This document shows, piece after piece, positions 48,669 through 60,513 of a DNA stretch of 64,000 bases. Origin of the DNA: Octopus sinensis (lineage: Eukaryota); assembly GCF_006345805.1 (NCBI RefSeq), contig NC_042999.1, positions 130,324,001 to 130,388,000 of the forward strand, written 5' to 3'. A model generated the notes under the pieces. That model was not told the origin of the DNA and made no database searches. It was given only the letters and a program-made list of their open reading frames with translations. Position 1 is the stretch's first letter. Every line of letters begins with the position of its first letter. The position numbers and the translations under genes were made by a program.

Positions 48669-49124
48669 TGTCTGACAGCGCGTTCGCGTCAGGGTCGATT
48701 CGATTCGTCGTTTCGTCCCACTTCCCTTCCTCCCAGTTTTGTTATATATATATATATATATGAATGGAACAAAAGCGCAATAGAGGATATTAAAACATTC
48801 GGACAGGTACACAATACAAAGGCGGACAACAATTGGAAGGACAGGCAAAAAAAAAAAAAGACGGGACATTCATGACTTGCTTTCCTCAGTCAAGTTCCAG
48901 AAGTTACGACCATTTCGAGCAGTTACACTTGAGATGGTTCGATCTTGTTGCCCCACAAAAAGTCTAAGCTAAGAGTATTAGACCCCTTTGTAAGAAAGCT
49001 AGCGAATGTGTTCGGCAACAAGGGCAAAAAAAACAACAAAGAAACAAAAAGAGGAAAACCTGGTAATATATATATATATATATAATATATATAATATATA
49101 TAATTATATATAATATATATAATA

Positions 49125-49317
49125 TTTGTTTCAGTCACTTGACTGCGGCCAGGTTTGAGCACCGCCTTTAGTCGAACAAATCCCTCACAGGGCTTATTGT
49201 TTGTACGCCTAATACTTATTCTATCGGTCTCTTTTGCTGAAGCGCTAGCTACGGAGATTTAAAAACGCCACCGACGGTTGTCAAGTGATGGTAGGGGGGA
49301 CAAACACTGAAAAACAA

Positions 49318-49403
<86 letters not shown>

Positions 49404-49575
49404 ACACCACACAACACCACACACACACACATGACGAGCTGCTTTCAGTTTCCGTCCACCAGTTCCACTCACAAGGCTTTGGTCGGCACGAAGCTATAGT
49501 AGAAGACACTTGCCTAAGTTGTCACGCTTAACAACCATTTGGTTGTTAAGCAAGCTACTTGCCTCACAGCCGCTA
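49125..49575 (-). mobile_element. SINE family A
   Basis: Reverse complement of the family A consensus with an internal (CA)n. Confidence 0.85.
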
Positions 49576-49722
49576 CATATATTTAACTATCTATTCATCT
49601 GTATGTATACACACACATATATATGCATATTTTTTGTGGCATATATATTTAGATTCAGACGAATATGGTACTTAAGTTGAAGCAGCAGAATTTAGTACGG
49701 TTTTATCCATACAATATCAAAG

Positions 49723-49801
49723 TAAGGTGATTAAAATCAAAATAAGCAACAAGGATATCCTCTGGATATCCTAGTCGCTTATTTTGATTTTAATCACCTT
49801 A
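49723..49801. repeat. 38-bp-arm hairpin with 3-nt loop, abutting (TA)n
   Basis: TAAGGTGATTAAAATCAAAATAAGCAACAAGGATATCC-TCT-GGATATCCTAGTCGCTTATTTTGATTTTAATCACCTTA; 2 mismatches. Confidence 0.9.
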
Positions 49802-49852
49802 TATATATATATTATATATATATATATATATTATATATATATATATATATAT

Positions 49853-50056
49853 ATTAATTTATTATATAGAAGGAGCTTCTACAGGACTAGAACTGTTTCA
49901 TTCAAGAGAAATCTTCAGGGCTTCCTGAAGATTTCTCTTGAATGAAACAGTTCTAGTCCTGTAGAAGCTCCTTCTATATAATAAATTAATTTTACTCAGC
50001 TATGTATTGAGTACCTTATTTACTGTGGTTAACCCCGAATCAACCCGGGACCTACA
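49853..50056 (+). mobile_element. Hammerhead-containing fold-back element, copy 2 (perfect 67-bp-arm palindrome)
   Basis: Arms 49853-49919 / 49924-49990 with loop GCTT. The unique 3' part to 50056 is homologous to 31176-31250; both sides are (TA)n. Confidence 0.9.
49918..49970 (+). ncRNA. Type I hammerhead ribozyme with intact core and all three stems
   Basis: Stem I GGGCUUC/GAAGCUC (7 bp incl. one G-U); core CUGAAGA; stem II U.UUC(UCUU)GAA.U; GAAA; stem III ACAG(UUCUAGUC)CUGU; cleavage triplet GUA, predicted cut after 49963. Confidence 0.82.
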
Positions 50057-50089
50057 TATATATATATATATATATATCTCCAGTAATAG

Positions 50090-50500
50090 GCGCATTAGAT
50101 TTCAAGAAAAACATATAATGTGCCCTCTAGAGCGCTCGGGCAAATTATATGATAAAATGAGTAGGGTGCAAAGAGTATTAATATGAAGGAAATGTGGTGA
50201 CAGAGTGAGGGGGACTAACATCAGGTAATGGAATAACAGCATTTTCTAAGCGACAAATATGGAGTGGCAATATGATAGAAACGTTAATACATATTTCCGT
50301 AAATACATAGATACACGCACACACACACACACACACACACAACACACAACACACACACACACAAACACACACATGCACATAAGGAACTTTTAAAACGCCG
50401 AGGAAGGGGGGAAAGGTAGGTGTGAGGAATAGGACGGAAACAATCACACACAGATAGACAGACACATACACACACACACACACATACACACATACATACA

Positions 50501-50531
<31 letters not shown>

Positions 50532-50745
50532 GTCTACTATACACCATTTTAAACTCTTCATTACTTGTGAGTACATTGGTGTGTGTGTGTGTGTGTGTGT
50601 GTGCATGCGTGCGATGTCCTTTAAGTGTCTGTCTCTCAGTTTTTTTCGGATCTTCCCTTTTTCTGTCACATATTGTGAGTTTTCAAAATTACATCAAAAT
50701 TTTCAAATTTAATGTATTGAAATAATTTTCCACGTAAAATCCGAT
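50090..50745 (+). mobile_element. Partial copy of the Helitron at 43157-44367
   Basis: Collinear shared blocks (gggtgcaaagagtattaatatga, cttttaaaacgccg, cacatattgtgag...aaaatccgat) with independently expanded microsatellites. Confidence 0.8.
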
Positions 50746-50880
50746 GTGGGAAATTCTGTCTGTTCGTGTGTTTGTAGAGTTGTTAGCTGAAATATGTCAC
50801 GTGAGTAGAAGTCATGTCTGGAGACCTCATGGCATACTCAGATTGTTGGAAAAATCGATAATAGGGCCCCTGGAAAGGAT

Positions 50881-50957
<77 letters not shown>

Positions 50958-51793
50958 ATGTATTTTATTTTAAAAACCATGGGAATAATCCATTCGCCCC
51001 TAGAAGGAATCCTCATATATAGCCAAGGGAAATAACCCATTAATTTTCCTAAATTATTTGGTGAAAATGAAATTAAGTATGCTTATTTCTTAGTATTTGA
51101 ACTGTTAGAGTTATTTTCGCAATCTATCTAGTAAAAACCTTAAACAACTAAATAGTATTTTCCTAAACATTAGATCCATTTATTTCGGTTAGTGACTTAT
51201 ACACGAATATACCAACACTAGCTCCCTTGAGCGCAATATTCTCTGGGAACGCACAAAAGCCCTTTTCAGAGTTATTTACTTTGAATTCTTATCACATATC
51301 TGATTAGCCTGTTATTACATAACATACTTCATGATTTTAGTATACATACCTTATTAGTATTTCATCCTATGTTCTATATACTCAAGGAACGCATTAAAGC
51401 CTTTTTGAGGCTACTTTATTTGAATTCTTACTATCGAGTAATTAATATCATCTTATTACATAACTAACTTCACAATTTGGGTATTCATAACTTATTGGGA
51501 ATTCCTAAAACCATGATTCTGTGTAAGACAGTTTGTTAATCGCTGTAAATGCACAAAAACCGTTTTAAGGGCCGCATACGTTGCATTGTTGTATTGGATC
51601 TGCGAAACAATTATGAGAATGGAACCAAAGGATAATTCTCGCTTTCCCGGGAATTACCAGTACGTCAGCTTGTACATACATACATACATACATACATACA
51701 TACATACATACATACATACATACATACATACATACATACATACATTTGTACTCCACCTGCCTTCGTCTTTTGTTTATTTTCGTAAACCTTCCG

Positions 51794-51831
<38 letters not shown>

Positions 51832-51844
51832 TATATATATAAGA

Positions 51845-52136
51845 TAAGGATAGAATTTTTTCAAAAACAATTTTATTAGTGGCTAGCATATTAAAATACC
51901 TTTTAAGTTGAAAATTATAAACAATTATAAATAAGGGCAAAAGAAAAGAATTTCTATGCCAATATGCTGAAAAAATAGACTTTATATCGTCAATAACCAC
52001 ATACAATATTTCACTATAAATACACAGCGTGTTGAAACGAAGAAAGCAAGCTAGCAGAAATTTATAGTGAAATATTGTATGTGGTTAGACGATATAAGCC
52101 TATTTTTTCCAGCATATTGGCGAGGAAAGCAAGCTA
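51845..52136. repeat. Fold-back element copy 2: arms 51958-52021 / 52060-52121
   Basis: Same family as 8823-9090. A 12-bp direct repeat GAAAGCAAGCTA (52042-52053, 52125-52136) brackets the inverted arm. Confidence 0.85.
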
Positions 52137-52159
52137 AGAGTTTTGCTATTTATAATTGT

Positions 52160-52163
52160 ATAT

Positions 52164-52211
<48 letters not shown>

Positions 52212-52255
52212 TATACGTGTGTGTGTATATATATATGTATATATATATATATGAC

Positions 52256-52304
<49 letters not shown>

Positions 52305-52444
52305 CATATATACATACACGTATATATATACATATATGTATATATATACATGTGTATATACATTTATATATACACTTATATATGCATATACATATATATA
52401 TAATATATATATATATACATATACATATAAATATATATACACAT

Positions 52445-52478
<34 letters not shown>

Positions 52479-52518
52479 ACATACATATACATATATATAC
52501 ATACATATACATATGTAT

Positions 52519-52583
<65 letters not shown>

Positions 52584-52590
52584 TATATAC

Positions 52591-52627
<37 letters not shown>

Positions 52628-52662
52628 TGCATATATATATATACATATATATATCCATATAT

Positions 52663-52704
<42 letters not shown>

Positions 52705-52742
52705 ATAGATCTATGTATCTCTCTCTCTCTCTCTTTCTCTCT

Positions 52743-52780
<38 letters not shown>
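52160..52780. repeat. Large compound (TA)n/(TACA)n/(CA)n microsatellite; others at 30050-30290, 30850-31170, 31340-31705, 47150-47235, 47450-47750, 58965-59070, 59300-59500 and 61860-62150
   Basis: Direct inspection; these tracts generate the YIYI/HTHT/CVCV pseudo-ORFs in the ORF track. Confidence 0.97.
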
Positions 52781-52782
<2 letters not shown>

Positions 52783-52814
52783 CGGAATTAACTAAAGATA
52801 AACTCCTCAAACCC

Positions 52815-53570
52815 TATCCAGCCTAAATTTCTCTAAGGCTGACTGGAAGTCATTTGGAAAGCACATACTCCAGCAGGACTGGCCTAAAAGCTTCTCTATG
52901 TAAGATATACATATGAAACTCAATAGATTCATGTCAATAATGCGAACCATATGCCTTAAGTATGGCCCAGAGAAGGGAGCCAAAACACACAAAAACACTC
53001 ATGCGGCGGAGAATAAAGATCTCGAATCGTTTAAAGAAATACCTTAATTATAGTGTGAAATCCCACCTGACAGAGGAACTCTTCGAGATAGAAAATAAAC
53101 TCAAAATCTCCCGTGGAAAAGAAAGAGAATCCTGGTCAGTCGAAAATATAAAAAGAATTCCTAAAGCCTTCTACACGTAAGCAAAGGAGGCTGCCTCAAT
53201 ACCCTATAATATAGGTCCACTATTTGGTAAAAGCGGCTCACTAACTGCAGACCCGGGGAAGATAAGTGAAGCGCTAAATAAACAATTCCGAAGTGTTTTC
53301 AGTTCTCCACTGAAAAATATGCAAATAAACTAGCCGAAGGTATTTTCCAATGTAATGAATCTATTCGGAATAGAGGCAATCATCGATTGCATCAACATAA
53401 CAGAAGAGGATATAATATTGGCCGTTAATGAGATGAGATAAAACTCAGCAACAGGCCCAGGTGGACTCTTAGCTGTTCTCTTAAAGCCATGTAAAAAGGC
53501 TCTTGCAAAGCCACTGCAAATGCTCTTTCAACGTTTCCTTGCATTGGTAAACTTTCTAGCATGCTAAAAG
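52815..53570 (+). mobile_element. Decayed CR1/Jockey-group LINE ORF2 fragment (between endonuclease and RT)
   Basis: [51 protein letters not shown] and NSATGPGG match the typical CR1 tether motifs, with stops and frameshifts. Confidence 0.8.
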
Positions 53571-53584
53571 AGGGTATAATATGC

Positions 53585-53910
53585 ATAACGTGCATAAACA
53601 ACAAATTAAAGATTCAACCGTTAGAAACGTTCCATGTAGTAAACATCTAGACATTTGTGCAAATGGAAAATCTTAAATATTCTCCTTTTACAAAGTAAAA
53701 GATGAAAATGATCAACTACAAAAGGCAAAAGAAGAATACTTTATAAGAATTCTAAATCCGAAACTAAATCGGAATTAGTCGACGCTTAAAATGGTCAACA
53801 ATTTAAAATATTCATCTTTTACAAAATAAGAGATGAAAATAATCGTCTATGAAAGACAAAAGAAGAATACGTTATAAAAATTCTAAATCCGAAACTAAAC
53901 TGGAAATAGC
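53585..53910 (+). mobile_element. Penelope-like GIY-YIG C-terminus with its last ~110 nt tandemly duplicated
   Basis: QQIKDSTVRNVPCSKHLDIC...KEEYFIRILNPKLN; the block ttttacaaa...aaaagaagaatac.ttata...attctaaatccgaaactaaa occurs twice. Confidence 0.65.
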
Positions 53911-54032
53911 ACCATTGCAAAAAACAACAATTTCTTCTTTATCCATTAGCCCAGAACGCACGTGTTTGAAAAACTGAAAAAAACCTCAAAGCGCTTACAC
54001 ACAAAATATACACGAAACATAAAATACTATTA

Positions 54033-54064
<32 letters not shown>

Positions 54065-55829
54065 TATATATATACATATATATATACCACCACACACACA
54101 CCAACTTAAGTATGTGAGCACGTGCATGAATGTGGCCAAGTAGGTAGGAAGTTCGTTGAGCGTTTTTTTTACTAATAGTCAAGTTGATTCAACCCTTTTG
54201 AGAAGGAACTGTTCTGAAACCTGTCGGATGGATTGTCCATGTAACTGAAGGTCCAATTGTTAGAAGCCGTGTCATGACTTTGATTCCGCTTGAGGATTAC
54301 GATCAGTAGAATAATCAGCCACTTAGAACTAATTCAGCTGAATACTCTCTATTGAAACTGATAGAGATTCATTTAACCAACTAAAACATAACTATAATAA
54401 AAATCTCGCTAATTCCAGAATATATAAATGAATATTGATGAATCGAGAAATACGTCTTATTTTATTTTGGCAAAAGGACAAACGTCCCAAATCTTATTTT
54501 TCTTCTCTGGAATATAGAACCTTTGTACAATAATCCCTTTCCACACTTGAAATACTGTGTAAAACAATGAAACAATAAGAGCAGATGAATTTAGCTTTAA
54601 TCTATGTCTCTGGTTTGGTAAAAATTAGATAAGAACAATAACAGAAAAGTAGGCTTGACCTCATTCTCCCGCAACGAAATAGAAACTCAATCACTTATGC
54701 AAAAAAATTTTCAGTGTTCTTTTACTGATAAGTTTGCTCTATTGTGAGCAAAAGTGCTTAAATAGGGTTAGTCGAATTCAAGTGTCAAATAAACAATGCA
54801 TATATTTCAAGTGAAGTTGTGATATGACTAAAATGCATACTCAAATATATCATTTTGCAATTGTACTGTAGGCTAATCCAAACTTTTAACTGCTATTTAG
54901 TGTTTGTAATCTTATCAATATTTAAATTATTTTAACATGGCAATTCTAAACTTAATTCAAAACAAATTAGGTCTACTTTTGAAATAAAGAGTTACATTTT
55001 TATTTCGACTCTTGTAATCTAATTTAGCCTTACCTTTGCGTTGTAAGGTCGTCTCTCTAACAAATCTTATCACTGGATCATAAGAATGCCTTTAATCACA
55101 CGTCTAGTCAATCAGGGCTGGCTCGTAAATTAAACAAGAACAACTCCATCAGTCATATAAATTCTTTCAATTCAGGATATTCTTGGGTCACATTTTACCC
55201 CTCCAGAAATAAGTGAAAATATCAGATGTCAAAATAACTAAAATTCGTAGATATTCTTCAATAGTCCTAATATTTTTAATGTAATTACACCAAGCATAGA
55301 ACTCTAATGAGCAGCTGATATTTTAACTCTGACGAGTCCATTAAGAAATTCTTTTAAGGTTGGTAAAAAACATTGATTTGAAGAGGTGTAAGTATGTTGT
55401 AAATTGTTAAATGTAAGGGAAATATTTTCATATGACTTTTTAAATATAGTTTTAAACGTTATTACTGGAGCAATTAAATACAAAGATCAAGAATTTATGG
55501 ATTTCTTGGAATGAGAAAAATACTTGTTATGGAGAGGTTTTTATGTAGGACTGATTCTGAAAAATAAAAGAAAACTGTATATAATGTAATGTTAGTTGTG
55601 TGGTAAGGAAGATAATAATTTTAAAAGTGTAATATCAAAGAAAATAACCTTTAAAATAATAAACCAAGAGCAATTTACAAATCGCAATTTCTGTAATTTA
55701 TCATTAAAATTAAGTAACTATATTAAAGTGAGTATATGTTTTCCACGAACAACAGTTGGTGAAAAATAGCTTTCATAAGCAAGACTCTTAGGTCAGGAAG
55801 TAGTAAATACTGATACCCACATCCAGGAC

Positions 55830-56050
55830 GGTGTTGATGCTACACATACAAACATCTTAGACAGCATCCAAAGAGAGGTCACTCGACTGATGGACATTAT
55901 GTCGCTCCCCAACAAGTGGAATAGCTAGAACGTGTGCCAGCTGGGGCTTATACAACAGACTCAAAAGTGCCGAGTCTATAAAAGTGTCACCCGGTCCGGA
56001 GGGCTCCCTCTCCCACCTCGTTCGCTTCACTGCTGTCACTAAGCCAGGGG
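55830..56050 (+). mobile_element. Decayed L2/Crack-like LINE RT C-terminal fragment
   Basis: HIQDGVDATHTNILDSIQREVTRLM resembles the .HIW.G.....L..LD.IQ..A.RLI motif. Confidence 0.45.
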
Positions 56051-56149
56051 TTCTCATCCATTCTTTTTTTTTACCTATGGATTCCTTTGATTCCTATTTT
56101 GCTCGAGGTGGGGGAGGGGCTCATAGCCATTCGATGTCTAAAAACTTCT

Positions 56150-56365
56150 ATATTTTATTTCCTTGTTCCAATCGTTTGACTGCGGACATGCTGGGGGTAC
56201 CGCCTTGAAGGGTTTTGGTCAAATAAATCGACCCCAGGACTTTTTTAAAGCCTAGTAATTATTCTATCGGTCTCTTTTGCAGAACGGCTAAGTTACAATG
56301 ATCTAAACACACCAACATCTGTTGCCAAGCGCCGGTGGGGGACAAACACAGACACAAAGACACAC
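56150..56365 (-). mobile_element. SINE family A, 3' half
   Basis: Reverse complement of the family A tail. Confidence 0.8.
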
Positions 56366-56782
56366 ATATATAGATATATGCATATTTATATTTTTTGTCA
56401 CTTGTGATTTTATTTTCGATCTTCTATACGAATGAAGGTATTTCCTCCGTCTGGCTGATTTTCTCTCTACAAAACGGAAAGTTACACTGCAGAACAGTCA
56501 TCTTAACGAGTTGTATTTGTTTATCACCCGACGAGATACATCTGCGCCACCGGATGCTCCTGAACTAGTTGTTGAGTGTCCCAGCCAAGAGGAATCGATA
56601 CTAGATGTGTCGAAACAATTGTTGTGATTAACATTAAATTTTCGTATATTCCATCTTCTGTCTTTCATCTGCTGTATGTATGTATGTATGTATGTATGTA
56701 TGTATGTATGTATGTATGTATGTATGTATGTATGTATGTATGTATGTATGTATGTATGCATGTATGTATGTATGTATGTGTA

Positions 56783-57322
56783 TGTCAGGTCACTTTCGAG
56801 TGCTACTGGTAACATGTAACCCAGTGCAACCTGTTGCATGGTCGGGTCGTCGGCGACTAAACCGGCAACTCCACCAAGCTTGCTTGGTGAGGAGGGTGTT
56901 TATTGGACACCTTGCGGGATGAAAAACAAAACCCGTCAAAGGGCGGAGGAACTCTTGAGAGTCAACGGCCATCAAATAAATGTCTTAAGGATGTATCATG
57001 CGCGGCGACATAGAAATAATCGGACTGAATACCCGATCGCACGGTTAAACCATTGGGAGTGAAGGACTCCTAGCCTTTGTTAAGGCATCCTTCTAGGAGA
57101 AGGTAACTCAGGAAACTGGGATAACTCCGACATAAAACCTGCGGCTCGGTGGTTACCGATGATGTTGACTTGTTCTTCTTTTCGGATTATGGCTGCTGTT
57201 GCTTAGTCAGTGCATAGCCTTTCCTCACTTTAAAAAAATATTCTTGCACAGGCATTGCACGATAACAACATTGATTAAGCTTCGTGCAATGGCCATACTC
57301 GATAACGAGGGGGTAGCCACCA
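56783..57322 (+). mobile_element. 540-bp structured non-coding element, copy 2, embedded in (TATG)n
   Basis: Same termini as 30295-30846, with scattered substitutions and one short internal deletion. Confidence 0.85.
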
Positions 57323-57380
57323 TGCATGCATGCATGCATGTATGTATGTATGTATGTATGTATGTATGTATGTATGTATG

Positions 57381-57414
<34 letters not shown>

Positions 57415-57834
57415 TATTTATATATATATATACGACCCGCTTCTTTCGTTTCCGTCCACTAAATTCATTCTATAATAGAAAACACTTGTCGAAGGTGCCA
57501 CGCAGTGGGACTGCACCCGGAACCATGTGGTTGGAAAGCGAGCTTCTTAGTACGCATCCACGCCAAGGAATTGTACTAAAATGTTTAAACATTTTGTGTA
57601 GTGTAGAAATATAACCAGAATGTAGCGCATAAATTTGAACAACAATATCTCATATGGATCTCGAAGGTACATATGGACTCCGGCTGTGAACCGCTACTCT
57701 AACCTTCGAACAACATACATACCATCTCGTCTGCATTTTTCTATCGCTAGTTAATTGCCCCCTGTTCTTCAAAAGCTGAACGATCTTGTGCCACTGCCAC
57801 GCAGACACTCCTCTTCTCGTCCCCTATATTGTGT

Positions 57835-58160
57835 TCATGATGATGATGAAATAGAGACTTGGAAGCCAGATATAGTGTTAATTGAGAACGAAAGTAAACG
57901 AAGCTGGATCATAGATGTAGCTTGCCCAGCTAAGAACAAGGTATGCGATAAAGAAGAAAAGTCGATAGATATGGCAGGTTAGCTTGGGAGGTTAACCGGT
58001 TGTGGTTGATGAAAAGGTGGTATTAGTACCAATAATTGTCGGAGCCCTGGGCACAGTTAGTTAAAATCTTGAGAACTACATGGAACATATAGGGGCTGCA
58101 AAAAGGGTGGAGCAATTCCAGAAAGCAGCACAGATCTTTCTTTCTCAGAACGTCGGTCTT
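57835..58160 (+). mobile_element. Decayed restriction-like endonuclease (RLE) LINE C-terminus (R4/NeSL/HERO type)
   Basis: WKPDIVLIENESKRSWIIDVACP (PD..D motif), followed in shifted frames by VPIIVGALGTVS and QFQKAA. Confidence 0.75.
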
Positions 58161-58320
58161 CTGAAATATTTTTCCCCTGCGCATCTTTACATGTTTTACA
58201 TACAAAACATTTTACGTGTTTTGCAAAATGTAAAATATTTTCACTTTGTTCACTGAAAAAAACAAATAATATTGGACAATAAAGATAGATAATTCTTTCA
58301 ATATTTATTATGTCATATTA

Positions 58321-58535
58321 GTCGGCCAGCTGGCAGAATCGTAGGGTCAAAAGGCAAAATGCTTTACGGCATTTCACCCGTCTTTACGTGCTAAATACAA
58401 ATTCAGCCGAGGTTGACTTTGCCTTTCATCATTACGGAGTCGATAAAATAAGTAGCAGTTGAAAAATGTGGTCGATGTAATCGATTTACCCTCTACCCCG
58501 AAAGTGCTGTCTTTGTGCCAAAATTTGAAGCCAAT
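58321..58535 (+). mobile_element. SINE family B
   Basis: Match to the family B consensus. Confidence 0.8.
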
Positions 58536-58961
58536 ATTTATCATGTCCTCTGATTAAGTAACTTTTTACTGTGGTATAATCTGCCAATCCGTCATAGCAA
58601 TAACTGCAACGCATAAAATACTAACAACCCTACTTTATCGTCTCGTGTTCCTATAATAAAATGTCAGGTGCGTTTGAGACCGGTAAAATAGGTACCAGTA
58701 ATTCTAAACAAACAACTGGCAAAGATAGGAATGATATTGCCTTCATATAGTAATGTGTAGAGTAGAAACTTCCGCTGCTGCGTCGCCCACTTCACAAGTT
58801 TTCTTACGTCTGACGTAATTACTTTAGGGTTGTCTTTTGAAAGATTTTATTTGCAAAAGTTTCTGTTCTTCAGATCTGGAAATATTACATATTATGTTAC
58901 ATTATTTCGATTATCTCTCTCTCTCTTTCCCGCACCGCGCGCGTGTATGTGTATGTGTGTA

Positions 58962-59052
<91 letters not shown>

Positions 59053-59139
59053 GTGTGTATACCTATTATCATTAATTATCAAGTGCGTTTGAGACCAATG
59101 CAAGAGACACCAGTAATTCCAAGGAGACCACTTACATAT

Positions 59140-59176
<37 letters not shown>

Positions 59177-59328
59177 GTGGTGTGGTGTGTGTGTGTGTGT
59201 GTGTTGTGTGTGTGTGGTGTGTGTGTGTGTTGCGTACGTACGTACGTACATACATACATACATACATACATATACACACACACATACATATATATACAAA
59301 TGTATCTAAACACACACACACTCATATA

Positions 59329-59419
<91 letters not shown>

Positions 59420-59446
59420 TATATATATCAATACTATATACAAACT

Positions 59447-59497
<51 letters not shown>

Positions 59498-59530
59498 CTG
59501 AATGCACACATATACATATATGTGTGTATA

Positions 59531-59784
59531 ATAAAAAATATGAACAGTGCTTCCCAAGCCATAGGCTCAAAAGGCCGGATTCCCGAGTTCTATGCAGTAT
59601 ATATTATTCCCCTGGACAGACACCGGTCGGTCCGTCGCTGGGTAACTCATTTTTGCCTGTCGAGTAAACAGGAGCAACATGGAATGAAGTGTTTTGCTCA
59701 AAAATACAACGCATCACCCGGCCCCGGAATCGAAACTACAATCTTACAATCAGGAGTACAGCCCATTAAGCCACGCACGTCCAC
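59531..59784 (-). mobile_element. SINE family C variant
   Basis: Shares gaaatgaagtgttttgctcaa...ggaatcgaaac(c/t)acaatcttac...aagccacgc with 62401-62664. Confidence 0.75.
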
Positions 59785-59850
59785 ACGCACACACACGCTC
59801 ATACACATACACGCATGCACACACACACACACACACACATACATCACATG

Positions 59851-59884
<34 letters not shown>

Positions 59885-60400
59885 TATGTATATATTATTT
59901 TATACATACACACGCACACACACAAATACACATATGTATGTATGAAATGCATGTGTGTATAATATAAACAACGACGTGAAACAGACAACAAACAAACAAT
60001 AAATAAATAAATAAATAAATAGATAAATAAATAGATAGATAAATAAATAAATAGATAAATAAATAAATAAATGGATAACACTGTAGTTACAGAACTAGTG
60101 CTGTCTGTAAGTAACCAACGACGCTAACGTTCACCAATTCCTATATTAAATAACTAAAATAAATAAAGACTATTCTACGAGAAGGAATTGTGTAACCCAA
60201 ATGCCTAACATGATATTATGTAAATAAATGTTTTATTTCATAATTTTTTTTTATCAAACCATTGTATTTTCTTACTATGTGTTATAATGTTTGATTACGC
60301 TGATTAAGAATTATCGCAAATTCAGAAATATATTCGGTAACATATCAAAATTTATACTTCCAGCTATTCATTCCAATTTTGGAATTGCGTAGCAAATGTT

Positions 60401-60513
<113 letters not shown>

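Noticed and set aside
55330-55355. CTGACGAGTCCATTAAGAAAT hammerhead-like string
   Set aside because: Stem II cannot close, and there is no NUH or stem I.
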